Source: a virus (lineage: Duplodnaviria > Caudoviricetes). Taken from it: DNA of 64,000 nt. Positions within the stretch are counted from its first letter, which is position 1. Each line of letters begins with the position of its first letter. Location of the stretch: IMG/VR virus record IMGVR_UViG_2663762783_000006, positions 25,743-89,742 of that record; one strand, given 5' to 3'. Shown in pieces: positions 38,914 to 48,075 of the stretch. The notes below the pieces were generated by a model. The model had not been told where the DNA came from. It ran no database searches and worked only from the letters and a program-made list of their open reading frames with translations. Position numbers and translations under genes: made by a program.

Positions 38914-39585
38914 TCAGCAATCCTCGTAACGGGACTTGGCAATGGAACGAGCCATATTGGGGTTTGATGGCGTGTCAGTAACAGATACCGACTCCTCAGC
39001 CAGTCGCAGACCGTTCGCCTCTAGCTCCTTGCAGATGTGCTTAATGCAGGAGTCTGACAGCTGATACCTGCTGCTTAAGCCTTCTCGTGTAAGCGCCAGC
39101 AGGTCAGCGGTGCGGTATATGTTTAATCGAGCAAGGAGACGCTGAAAGGACAGGCTTACGTGCAGGTCATGAATAAGCTCTGGCGCTTTAGCGTGGGCCT
39201 TGGCCATATCATTGGGGCTCTCAACGCACTGAGAGGTATCAGCTTTCTGCGCAACGACTGCCAGGGTCTCTACTGCGGTAGATAGCGCCTGCTTGGCTGC
39301 GTCGTGGATTTCGCGAGCTATAGCGCTTTCCATGTGCTCCATAGCGCGACAATAGAAGATCAAGCCAGGCATAGCGGCAGCCAGGGCATTAGCGCGGGCG
39401 CGTTCACTGCCTTGCTCTACGCTGTAATCGCCTGCAATGTATGGACGTGAATTACCTACCTCAGTGTGGCCGTTACTGAATGTCAGCATGCAGCTAACAA
39501 CGGTCGAGTCCGGCCAGACGTGATACTGCTCCTTGACCACCATGCTGGCGGCCAACTCAAGGCTTGGTCTAGTCATGCCGCACAC
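38914..39585 (-). CDS. Gp49/66-family domain fused to an RNAP alpha-CTD-like domain
   Basis: YHVWP.STV..C.L...NG....G.S......Y..E.G...AR.NA; then IHDL..S......L.R.NIY...DLL. Confidence 0.55.
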   Translation of the reverse strand: MCGMTRPSLELAASMVVKEQYHVWPDSTVVSCMLTFSNGHTEVGNSRPYIAGDYSVEQGSERARANALAAAMPGLIFYCRAMEHMESAIAREIHDAAKQALSTAVETLAVVAQKADTSQCVESPNDMAKAHAKAPELIHDLHVSLSFQRLLARLNIYRTADLLALTREGLSSRYQLSDSCIKHICKELEANGLRLAEESVSVTDTPSNPNMARSIAKSRYEDC

Positions 39586-40241
39586 TCCAGTGATTCGCCT
39601 ACCAGGGCAAAGCCGTAATTCTTCATCTTCTGGCGCAGGTACTTGGCTCCCAGCTCGCCCACATAGTCGATGGATACCAACTCATCGAACGTGCAGTTGA
39701 CGATATCGCCCACAGTGAACAGGTCAGCCTTGTGTAGGTTGCCAATCAGGTAGGGGTTCATACCCAGCAAGGCAAAGGTCGTCATGGTAGTGACGGGCAG
39801 CGGCTCTACCGGCTCAGGCTTTACGGGCTCTACCGGCATACGGTCAGCGCGATACAGGTCGCGATTGATCGTGCTCAGGCGCTTGCTCAGCTCGGGGTCT
39901 ACGGTCTTGGGCGTGTTGACTGGTGCGGCAATGGCTGCTTCCAGGTCTTGCACAACCTGGCGTTCGGCTTCCTGGCGTCTCTCGTGACTGCTAGACGGGA
40001 ATCGGAACTCCTCGGTAACGGTTACTACCAGCTCCTCACCATCCTGGCGGGCCTTGGGACCTTTCGGGGTCTTTACGGCAGGTGTATAGCCAAGCTCGGC
40101 GTCGATGCGATCCATCACGCGGCGGGCAGTGGCCAGGATACGGGCCTTATGGGATTTGGCGGTTACGCGCTCGGCTATCTTAATCAGACTCTCTGCGCTA
40201 CTGGTCAATGCAGCCAGTACGGAAGGCTCAAACGGTGGCAT
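39573..40241 (-). CDS. Protein with a C-terminal RNAP alpha-CTD-like domain
   Basis: L.M..YLIGNLHKADLFTVGDIV.....ELVSI..VG..G...L...M...G. Confidence 0.6.
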   Translation of the reverse strand: MPPFEPSVLAALTSSAESLIKIAERVTAKSHKARILATARRVMDRIDAELGYTPAVKTPKGPKARQDGEELVVTVTEEFRFPSSSHERRQEAERQVVQDLEAAIAAPVNTPKTVDPELSKRLSTINRDLYRADRMPVEPVKPEPVEPLPVTTMTTFALLGMNPYLIGNLHKADLFTVGDIVNCTFDELVSIDYVGELGAKYLRQKMKNYGFALVGESLECAA

Positions 40242-40269
40242 TGGTGAATCCCTACGGCTTTGAAAGGAT

Positions 40270-40340
40270 AGGTGCCGGTTACTGCCTCCGGCGAACACAG
40301 GGTAAAAACCCTTGCACAGCAGCCGCTCTATGGCGACTGG
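40270..40340 (-). ncRNA. Short C4-like/tRNA-like RNA module
   Basis: Minus strand ends GCCGGAGGCAGTAACCGGCACC, the same terminal stem-loop type as the C4 module upstream. Confidence 0.4.
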
Positions 40341-40343
40341 ATT

Positions 40344-40463
40344 ATGCAGGGCCGGTACTGAATATCCGGCTTTGCGGGGTTACGTCGTGCGCGGAACTTA
40401 TCGAAACGACTAACCGATTTATTCCCGCTTTCTCATGGCGCATCAGCCTGCGCATTCCTGCAT
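40344..40463 (-). ncRNA. C4 antisense RNA motif (P1/P7 C4-like)
   Basis: Minus strand ATGCAGG-AATGCGCAGGCTGATGCGC-[variable]-AAGCCGGATATTCAGTACCGGC-CCTGCAT matches the C4 architecture as I recall it. Confidence 0.7.
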
Positions 40464-41501
40464 TGGTAGATTGCTTTGGTCGTGCCGATATCGACAGCTA
40501 TTCGGCTTCGGCCTCGGACTTACGGATTCCTGCCTACCTAACCTAGCGCTCGGCGGGCGCATTCAAAGCAATCTCCAATGCAGCCCCTTTCGGGGCGTAT
40601 CGGGATATCGCACCATTCGTTTTCCTGTCCACCCTTGGCCGCTCCAAGGCGGCGGGGTGAATCTCATGTTTCAGGGCATGCGATACCAGGTGTTGCGTTT
40701 CCCTGTCTATTCCAGGGCGTCAGATGCTTTCTACGGGGGCTATGTCCCGTACCTGTCTTGCGCGCAGTGATCTGGCGGGTTTCAGTTCGCGCCAGCTGCC
40801 CAGGAGAATCACGTATTGCCCACTAGCAAATGTGGGCTTTCTGCATCAGGGAGTGTTTTGCGATCCGCTTAAAGATATGTACTTACAAATGATTGATAAG
40901 TAAGTTTGCAAAACACTCTCTGATACAGCCTCGTTAGAGGTCATTACCGCTTAGCGCCAGGGCGCGGCCTTCCCCATCGAATTCCTCCGACCGCGTATGC
41001 TGGTGCGCCGGAGACTTGGCTACAGGTTATTGAACTGTCCGATAGCTTCCATCCGCGAAAGCAGCACAATCAGGCGACCTGTTAAGCGCCCTGCATCCCT
41101 ACAGCCTTGCACACCCTTAACGTGCATCCAGTGTAGTGATTCGCATTGGTTAAGCCGTTTGGCGTTTTCCCACAGAGCCCTGAAACTGCAAGATACAGGG
41201 GTGTCATCAAACGGCTTACCAATGCGCCTTGAGGTGGAATCCGGTCCTCAAGGGCATCAGTCGAGTATCCAGAAGCATGCGACTCGCGCGCGGTCCTTCC
41301 CACCTTCTGACATGGCACCAATCCGTGGTGAGCGCCAGCAACAACGCATTTGGTAGCGAAGCAGCGGACTTGAACCGCCAGGCCAAGGTGATGAGTCCCA
41401 GGCCGCCCATGCCTTCGCATAATTCCTGCATTTGTGAAGTCACTGCGCCCCGTCGGGCTACCAGTCGTGGGAGCGACCAGCTAGTGACCTCACAAATGCA
41501 G
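40458..41501 (-). repeat. Four long hairpin units with C(T)GCAT...ATGC(A)G-type closing stems (40458-40583, 40841-40928, 41142-41226, 41426-41501)
   Basis: Inverted repeats of ~19-21 bp read directly, each enclosing a different 38-85-nt sequence and abutting a short GC hairpin. Confidence 0.8.
41351..41419 (-). tRNA. D-arm-less tRNA-like RNA with CAT in the anticodon-like loop and an encoded CCA
   Basis: Acceptor GCGAAG/CTTCGC, T-arm GGCGG-TTCAAGT-CCGCT, 3' ACCA, 8-nt loop ACTCATCA; no D arm. Confidence 0.55.
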
Positions 41502-41689
41502 CCCCTGTAACGTAGGGGCAACGGCAGGTTCCTGGTGTACGCCTAGAGGTCATGACTCTGGCGATACCGAAGGTCTACCGGCACCATGTATGCTGCGTGG
41601 GATAGTTTGTCCTAGCCCTCTCCACGCCCAAGCTATCTGGCCTTATCCGGCGAACCGGCCCGCGCCAGCAGCGGGTACTCGGTGTAACG

Positions 41690-42382
41690 TTAAGCAAAGT
41701 CTAGGGTTGGCATCTCTAGCACCATCTGGCGCACGTTCTGCGTCACTGAGGTGCGCATACGGCGGTCATAGTCGCCGGTCGCAAGCCCTAGCTCTTTGTC
41801 GATAATCTCGCAGCGCTTACGCTCTCGGGCGATACGCTCATCTGCCTGAGTAATAACCTCAGTCATTCGGTTTACGGCAGTCTGCACGTTGTCAGAGCCG
41901 CGCATGTCATCCACAAAACCAGGATTCAGCTCTTTGATTCGCGCAAATGCCTTGCAGAAGTCCTTGAGGATGACGGCCATCTTTTGAATGTCCGAACGGT
42001 CCTGGCTCTGGCCTTGCAGCGTGATTGCAACCTGCTCAGAGAGCCCATCAGCCCAGCTCTTGTGCGCATCAGCGATTGACGTCGCAATCATGCGCATCAG
42101 GAATGCCTGATTGTTCTCGGTCGGATCAGCCAGCGGGTCATCACTGAGCCCTACCAGGTAATCCAGCGGCACCGCGAACAGCTTGGACATGGCAATCATG
42201 TCTTCCATCTTCGGCAGGCGCTCGCCTGATTCCCACAGCGACACTTGAGTTGGGTTCTTCTGGCCCACTGCAACTGCAACATGAATCTGATTCAAGCCAG
42301 CAGCGCGACGGGCAGCGGTAATACGCGGGCCAATCTGCTGGAGATTAACTTGAATGTCGATTTCTACAGTTCCAGTGTCCAT
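41690..42382 (-). CDS. XRE-family HTH transcriptional regulator
   Basis: RITAARRAAGLNQ..VA..VG.....VS.WESGER.P......MSKLF.V.LDYLVG. Confidence 0.85.
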   Translation of the reverse strand: MDTGTVEIDIQVNLQQIGPRITAARRAAGLNQIHVAVAVGQKNPTQVSLWESGERLPKMEDMIAMSKLFAVPLDYLVGLSDDPLADPTENNQAFLMRMIATSIADAHKSWADGLSEQVAITLQGQSQDRSDIQKMAVILKDFCKAFARIKELNPGFVDDMRGSDNVQTAVNRMTEVITQADERIARERKRCEIIDKELGLATGDYDRRMRTSVTQNVRQMVLEMPTLDFA

Positions 42383-42518
42383 CGTGACCTACATCTCAAA
42401 AAGTGCTCGATTTGTAAGCCAAAGCTTACAGGACACCCCTAAATCTGCTATCGAATTAACATGATAAGGAGGAACTTCTTAATAAATTTATTGTATTATC
42501 GCGCGCGCACGAGATGCG

Positions 42519-43016
42519 TTAGGCAAAGTTCAGAATCTGATTCACTCGGGCGTCAAGTTGAGCGGGCGTCATGTCGGTAGCTCGGTACACGTTGGCCAGG
42601 GCAGCGGTAATGACGTCCTGGTAGATTTTTCCCGCCTCCTCCTCGGTGCATTTGCCAAAGCTCAGCGAGCGGGGCACCAAGCGAACCTGGCCACGGATAT
42701 CGAATACCGGATCGTAATGGCCAGCCAGCACGGTCAGGTTCTTGCGGAACGTCTCTTTGCAGGGCACAACCTTGCGGCCCTTGTACTCCACCTCGCTGAT
42801 TCCAAACTCGCAAAAGTGCTCATAGGCCAGCGTGAAGAGACACATGGTCTTTTTCAGGAACTTGAAGTTGCGGGGAAGCGTCACCTTGCAGCGAATGCCT
42901 GCGCCCGTCTTGAGCCTGGCCAGCTGCTCGATGCCCTCCTGGTCAACAGGACGAAGCGAGCCATCGGCACACTTTTGCAAAACGATTTCCATGCGCTGAC
43001 TACTCCTCTCGCGCAA
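42519..43016 (-). CDS. DUF1367 (NinB/YbcN-like) protein
   Basis: RN.KF..K, FRK.L.V.AG.YD, P.S.SF motifs. Confidence 0.75.
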   Translation of the reverse strand: MRERSSQRMEIVLQKCADGSLRPVDQEGIEQLARLKTGAGIRCKVTLPRNFKFLKKTMCLFTLAYEHFCEFGISEVEYKGRKVVPCKETFRKNLTVLAGHYDPVFDIRGQVRLVPRSLSFGKCTEEEAGKIYQDVITAALANVYRATDMTPAQLDARVNQILNFA

Positions 43017-43024
43017 GTGACTTG

Positions 43025-43288
43025 CTAATCAGCCTGTATCAAGCTCGTGATGCGGTCGCGGATCAGCGGGAACAGGTGCGGGTTCTTGTCCTTCTCGACC
43101 TGCAAGGCGCGCTTTCTGGCCAGGCGGTCGGGCTTCTCCATGACGTAGGCAATCACATAGTCCGCGCGCAGGCTCTCGCCCGTTGGGCAGTACCGTGCCG
43201 TAGGCGCAAAGCAGTTGCGGCAGCCCATGACGTGATTGATATACGGCGTGTGCGCCTCGTCAGCGGTCAAACTTCTTCTAGTGTCCAT
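43025..43288 (-). CDS. Hypothetical protein
   Basis: YINH.M.C..C......YC..G motif. Confidence 0.55.
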   Translation of the reverse strand: MDTRRSLTADEAHTPYINHVMGCRNCFAPTARYCPTGESLRADYVIAYVMEKPDRLARKRALQVEKDKNPHLFPLIRDRITSLIQAD

Positions 43289-43710
43289 GCCTCAGTGCCT
43301 TTCACAGGGATTGCGTAGAACACGCGAAACGGGAATTCATTGGCGGCGACCTTCATCTTGACGTGTGCGTCATCCTCGATAATGGCCTTCGCGCCCTTGA
43401 CGTCATGAAGCTGTAATTCCCCTTCGGCAGTCATGACCAGGAAGTCAGGCTTTAGGTGCGTCCGAGGCGCAAGGCGCAGCGTGATGGCCTCAAACTTCCA
43501 CCACAGGATTGCGCCAGCCAGTTGCAGGCGGGCCAGGTGATTGGCGTACCGCTGCTCTGTCTTGTTCATCTCGCCAGGCGCGAGCCGTCCCAGCGCACGC
43601 AAGCGCTCCTTGCCGGTCACAGCCTTGGCGGGCTTGGCGCTAGCCTTTCCCACGGCCTTGGCCTTGATGGCGGCAAGTTCCGCCTCACTCATGCGCAGGG
43701 AAGTGCCCAT
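43267..43710 (-). CDS. DUF1064-like PD-(D/E)xK endonuclease
   Basis: MNKTE..Y, FE...L.LA......PDF, DVKG, VK.KVAA..FPF. Confidence 0.75.
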   Translation of the reverse strand: MGTSLRMSEAELAAIKAKAVGKASAKPAKAVTGKERLRALGRLAPGEMNKTEQRYANHLARLQLAGAILWWKFEAITLRLAPRTHLKPDFLVMTAEGELQLHDVKGAKAIIEDDAHVKMKVAANEFPFRVFYAIPVKGTEAWTLEEV

Positions 43711-43712
43711 TG

Positions 43713-44249
43713 TTACCAGTCCGAACTACTGGAGCTTGAGGAGTCGCTAGAGCTGTAGCTGCTGGAGCTGTCACTACTGGAGTAGGAGCTAGAGCTGTAG
43801 CTATCGCTGTCATACGAGCGATGCGAATGGCTACTCGAACAGCTCGAACTGCTGGAGTAGTCGCGGCGCGTCTCGGGCTCAGGCTCGCACCGTACTGGCG
43901 CGGGCTCATGGCGTACCGGCTCGGTATAGCGGCGCGTGTCTTCCTGCGTATCGGTCAGCAGCTCATTGAGCAGAACGGCATTGACCAGGTCATTGGAATT
44001 ATCGGGCACGCGATCCGCTGCGCGCTCTACACGCGGCAGGCCCATGTGACTGGCCATGACCGGACGGCGCGTGTCGGGTTGGCGACCGATAGCGGGCTCG
44101 ATCCCACGAGGGGACGAGCCAGGGTAGCCGTACATGCTGCCCAACGTTTCGGGCAGCTCGGTCAGCGTGCTGGCCTGCTCCTTGAGTTTGGCCAGGCGCT
44201 CTGCTTGTTTCTTCGCCAGACGGCGACGCTTCAACCAGGCAAACAGCAT
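43713..44249 (-). CDS. Protein with a Ser-rich C-terminal tail
   Basis: Ends SSSSSCSSSH...SSSDSSSSSSSDW. Confidence 0.6.
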   Translation of the reverse strand: MLFAWLKRRRLAKKQAERLAKLKEQASTLTELPETLGSMYGYPGSSPRGIEPAIGRQPDTRRPVMASHMGLPRVERAADRVPDNSNDLVNAVLLNELLTDTQEDTRRYTEPVRHEPAPVRCEPEPETRRDYSSSSSCSSSHSHRSYDSDSYSSSSYSSSDSSSSYSSSDSSSSSSSDW

Positions 44250-44250
44250 G

Positions 44251-44721
44251 TTACTTACTCCCCGTTGAGTTAAAGCCCTTGTCACCGCGCGCGGTTTCCT
44301 CACCAAACGCGACAACCTCGACGCAAGTCCCGCTAATGCAGGGCGCAAGCTTCATCTGCGCAATGCGGTCGCCAGCCTCAAACGTGAACGGCTCGCTGCC
44401 AGTGTTATGCAGGATGGCAATAACTTCGCCCTGGTAGTCGTTGTCGATAAGCCCCGCATGAATACCAATGCCGTGCTTATGCGCCAGCCCACTGCGCGGC
44501 CATATCTCGCCGCATAGGTGGGGCGGGAACTCCCAGGCAAAGCCAGTCGGGATATTCAGGCGCTGGCCAGGCTCGATACGCCCTCCCTGTACCGCGCGCA
44601 GGTCGAAACCAGCAGCGCCAGCAGTTTCCTGCGCAGGCACAGGCAGGTCATGTTCGCCAATGCGGCAGACGTTAAATCGGTTCATTTCGCGCCAGTCGCG
44701 CGCTCTAGCTTTGGTAATCAT
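44251..44721 (-). CDS. dut: dUTPase
   Basis: AGFDL, PRSGLA, GLID.DYQGE, GDRIAQ, RG.KGF.STG. Confidence 0.93.
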   Translation of the reverse strand: MITKARARDWREMNRFNVCRIGEHDLPVPAQETAGAAGFDLRAVQGGRIEPGQRLNIPTGFAWEFPPHLCGEIWPRSGLAHKHGIGIHAGLIDNDYQGEVIAILHNTGSEPFTFEAGDRIAQMKLAPCISGTCVEVVAFGEETARGDKGFNSTGSK

Positions 44722-44884
44722 TCTGGCTTTGCTCTCCGTGAGGCCCTGGCAGGCTGTAGTGTTGCGGTTTGGTCATCGTCCAGCGGCCAGGCAATAACCT
44801 GCGCGCAGGACGGGCATATCTTTTCGTTGGTTGAGCGCAGCGGCACCATGTCCGCATCGCCACAGGCGGGACATACTTTTGTCG

Positions 44885-45253
44885 TCATGTTGGGGCGCAC
44901 TCATGCAGGCCGGTCAGCTCGCGCACTCGCGGCGGAACGTCTATGCCTTGCTCAGCCAGGCGATTGACACACTCGGCCAGCAGCCTGATTTGCTTGCCAT
45001 AGCGTGATTCAAAGCGGGCTTTGTACGGATGGACGGCGATCATGCCAGGCTGGCCATAGCCGTCCTGGTGATGCCCAGCGCACAGGGGGAGTACCAGGTA
45101 GTGCGCGTCGGGTTTGGTTCTGCCGTCCATGTGATGGATCGACACGTAACCGTTGAACTCGTCGTAGTCATGTCGGCAGGCAATGCAACCGACATGACTC
45201 GCTAGACTATCGTGATACCGTTTCTGGCTGGCGGTAGGCGTGGTGCCCTTCAT
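44885..45253 (-). CDS. Ref-family HNH recombination-enhancement nuclease
   Basis: GCIAC, IHH.DGRTKP.AH..VLPLC..HH. Confidence 0.8.
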   Translation of the reverse strand: MKGTTPTASQKRYHDSLASHVGCIACRHDYDEFNGYVSIHHMDGRTKPDAHYLVLPLCAGHHQDGYGQPGMIAVHPYKARFESRYGKQIRLLAECVNRLAEQGIDVPPRVRELTGLHECAPT

Positions 45254-46061
45254 GCTGGCGTCTCGCTTTGGACGCCTCCAGCTCAGCAAGCGCCGCCAGT
45301 TGCTGGCGTTTGCGCTGCTCGATTTCGGCGTCAGATAACAGGTTTCGCTGCCCGCGCTCTTGCGCCACTGGTTTGGGCGGTCGAATGCTTGCAATCAATT
45401 CCTGTATTTTCCGCTTCTGCTCAGCAGGCTCGATGCTGCATTTTCCCGGTAAGGCCAGGTCTGCCAGATTCTGAGGAACAGGCCCTTTCGGGTTCTCGCG
45501 ATTCTTCGCAAGTGCCTTGCTCCAGCGCTCTTTGATGACCTCGTATTCAACCTGGCCCAGCTGCGTTTGGAACTGGCGCGCCGTCCAGAAAATGGCCGGT
45601 TCTGACCAGGTGTCTTGGGAGGCAAGCTTAGGGCCTTTCTCGGTCATGACTTCGACACGCGGGCCTTTGAACCGAACCTTCCATTGCTCGCACGCTTCGT
45701 CCCAGGCGTCCTCGTCACTGGTGACGGGTCGGCACAGCTCGATGAACGTGCCGACGTCCAGGGTTCCCCATTTGAGAATGTCCGACCGCTTGGCCAGGTT
45801 GAACAGACCTAAGCGCGACTCGGCAGGTTTGAGCCCTACCGTTTCGAAGTGCCGCGCCCAGGCTTTCATCCAGTTAATCTTCGCTTGCTGGCTCGTGAAG
45901 TTCTTAGCCCACCGACCAGGCATCAAGCCATCAAACTCGTTCCACAGGATTTCGAGCACTGAAAACCCGTTATTGGTTGGGTCTTCATAGTCACTGCGAA
46001 CGACTAACCATTGACTACCTGGCAGTGTAGAGGAATACGTCGTGCTGATTTCGCTGGTCAT
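45207..46061 (-). CDS. Replication protein P-like helicase loader
   Basis: Follows the initiator; W..AW...F...G, FIELCRP...AW.EA, WS.PAI.W.A motifs. Confidence 0.65.
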   Translation of the reverse strand: MTSEISTTYSSTLPGSQWLVVRSDYEDPTNNGFSVLEILWNEFDGLMPGRWAKNFTSQQAKINWMKAWARHFETVGLKPAESRLGLFNLAKRSDILKWGTLDVGTFIELCRPVTSDEDAWDEACEQWKVRFKGPRVEVMTEKGPKLASQDTWSEPAIFWTARQFQTQLGQVEYEVIKERWSKALAKNRENPKGPVPQNLADLALPGKCSIEPAEQKRKIQELIASIRPPKPVAQERGQRNLLSDAEIEQRKRQQLAALAELEASKARRQHEGHHAYRQPETVSR

Positions 46062-46063
46062 AT

Positions 46064-47002
46064 TCAGACTCCTGGCTGCTGGCCAAACATGGGCGCATGT
46101 GGGTCGTACTTGGGCGCAGCTGCTACCGGCTCGCGAGAATGCTGGCGCGTAAAGGCTTCGGGGTTCAGATTGATTCCAAGGAAGCGCTCAGTGTGTTCGG
46201 CATCCCTGAAAATCAGGCTTAGGTCGATGTACTTTTTAGCGCCCTTGTACTTATTGCGGGCCATATGGAAGTCGGATTTAGAACAGCCACTTATAGCGCC
46301 TATAACCTGCTCTACCGTGTACTCCTCTAGCGCCTTCTCGATAATCTTTGTGCGCTTGGCATCAAGGCGTGACGTCTTGGTTTCACACACTGTCCGCCAG
46401 TGCTCGAATATCTTAGCAACCAGTGCCTGACGATCCGCCTTTGCCTTGCGCTTAGCTTCAGCCACCTCTGCTTTACTGGCCGCCTTCGATGTGCCGCTAG
46501 GCACATGAGATGTAGTCTCTGTAGATAATCTATGTGTTTTATATGTAGTAGTATCTGTAAGAGCAGTGCAATCTGCCCCGCTGGATGGGGGCAAGTTGCC
46601 CTCATCAGAAGAGTGCAAATTGCCCTTATCGATAGCCCCTACATTGCCCCCACTCGATGAGTGCAAATTGCCCTCATCGGAAAGCAGTGGGTTTTCGAAC
46701 ACAATGGTGTAGAAATTGGTGCGGTCGTGCTTGTGCTTGTTCAGCTGCTCGGCCAGGATCACGCCCTTGTTTTTAAGGGAGGCCATTGTTCGCTTAATGG
46801 TGTCCTCGCCCCAAAAGGGGAACTGCTTTTGCCACTGTGAAAGGGTGTTATAAATCCACTTCCGGCCCTCATGCTCATAGCCTGCGTCAGTCTCTACCAG
46901 CCAGTAGCACAGCTGCTGCAAAACGATGGCTTCATTCAGCCCGATGCGTTCGGCCAGCTGAGGACTGATAACCAGGGGGCGGAATTTGAATAGCAGACTC
47001 AT
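46064..47002 (-). CDS. Phage replication initiator (lambda O/DnaD-like wHTH)
   Basis: LA..IGLNEAIVLQQL.YW, GRKWIYNT...WQ.QFPFW; internal 8-aa repeats. Confidence 0.85.
   Translation of the reverse strand: MSLLFKFRPLVISPQLAERIGLNEAIVLQQLCYWLVETDAGYEHEGRKWIYNTLSQWQKQFPFWGEDTIKRTMASLKNKGVILAEQLNKHKHDRTNFYTIVFENPLLSDEGNLHSSSGGNVGAIDKGNLHSSDEGNLPPSSGADCTALTDTTTYKTHRLSTETTSHVPSGTSKAASKAEVAEAKRKAKADRQALVAKIFEHWRTVCETKTSRLDAKRTKIIEKALEEYTVEQVIGAISGCSKSDFHMARNKYKGAKKYIDLSLIFRDAEHTERFLGINLNPEAFTRQHSREPVAAAPKYDPHAPMFGQQPGV
46520..46680. repeat. Putative replication origin: five 24-bp-period iterons (G)TGCAAATTGCCCTCATC-like, next to an AT-rich tract
   Basis: Repeats at ~46566, 46589, 46613, 46637, 46661 inside the initiator gene; AT-rich 46520-46560. 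Confidence 0.7.
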
Positions 47003-47469
47003 GCTTTTCGGCCCTCCCAAGTAACGGAGGAGCCTTTCGAGAGATTGCAAGCACCGCATAGCGTCTGGAGGTTATCCAGCGTAGTTTCGCCACCTAGCGA
47101 CTCAGGATGCTTATGGTCGCAGTGCAGATTCTTGTAATCGCCGCAAGCCACACAACGATAAGCATCGCGCTCAAATACCTGGCGACGCAGAGTTCCATCG
47201 ATTTTCTTCTTACGGTATACGGCAGGTGTACTAGAGAAATTGGAGCCTAGCTGCTCGATCAGAATGGCCACCAGTTCGCCGCAATTGCCATCCCCTTTGC
47301 GAGCTACCGTAGAAAGCAGCTCCTGATTGTCCTCAAGGAATTCGCGAAACAGCGATAACGCCTGGTTTTCTGCCTGCTTGACGGCCTCGAAAAGTTCCGA
47401 AGGCTCGGTATAGGTGACGCCCTGAAATGTTTGGACGAAAGACGACTTGCGTAGGTGGCTCATCGGCAT
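46999..47469 (-). CDS. HNH endonuclease
   Basis: VFERD.YRCVACG....LHCDHKHP.S.GG.T.LDNLQTLC..CN..K. Confidence 0.88.
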   Translation of the reverse strand: MPMSHLRKSSFVQTFQGVTYTEPSELFEAVKQAENQALSLFREFLEDNQELLSTVARKGDGNCGELVAILIEQLGSNFSSTPAVYRKKKIDGTLRRQVFERDAYRCVACGDYKNLHCDHKHPESLGGETTLDNLQTLCGACNLSKGSSVTWEGRKA

Positions 47470-48075
47470 GGCTCCGCGTTGAACTGCGCAGCCGGAAGGA
47501 CAGTGCGGCATGACGTAGTACGACCTGAACAAAACTGCGATCCGTAGCAGTGGTTTTTAATGAATGCACAAACGGATGGGACGCAAGCCAAAAGCTCAAG
47601 CGCCGCGATCTTGACGTCATTGCACAAGCGAAGCGCCAAGAAAGCAGTTGTCGTACCAGAAAAACGGAAATTTAGCGCCTTACGGCCAAATAGCCAAAAA
47701 ACCGACAGCCGGTAGCAGTTGATAACAGATTTTGTATCATTCTCTGCTTTAATTCTTTTAGGCAAAACTTGCCCGTTCCGCCTTTCGGCAGGTTTTGAAA
47801 TATTCATGCAGGTAGGCCCTTTTCTGCATTACAAAATTTAGTGTTTAGTCGGCGCTAGCGCGCCTAGCCCTTTCCCGCGAAGGGAGTAACCGGAAGCCCC
47901 GCAGAAAAGGGCAAAGGAGAGGCTTGTCAGTGGGGGAGCTACCCGCACACCTATCCGGTCACTACCGCGTAAGACAGTACGCGGAACTGTATTTGTGCAA
48001 CCGAGCGTCGTGGACGGGTCAGCGGGCAAGGCCGCTTTTCTCAGTTGCACGAACATCGTGCCTGGCTAGCACAAT

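Noticed and set aside
40400-40409. C4 loop complementary to ATCGAAACGA in the leaders at ~58394 and ~59018
   Set aside because: Only 10 nt; several such chance matches are expected in 64 kb and the two leaders are duplicates, so not independent
40930-41340. Hammerhead or other known ribozyme
   Set aside because: No CTGATGA...GAAA core or complete HDV topology found by eye
40270-41690. CRISPR array or solitary CRISPR repeat in the non-coding cluster
   Set aside because: No identical direct repeats with regular spacers; units are inverted repeats sharing only short ends; no match to type I-C/E/F repeats recognised and no cas genes
43713-43865. Repetitive GAGCT/GGAGT tract
   Set aside because: Encodes the Ser-rich tail of a common phage protein type
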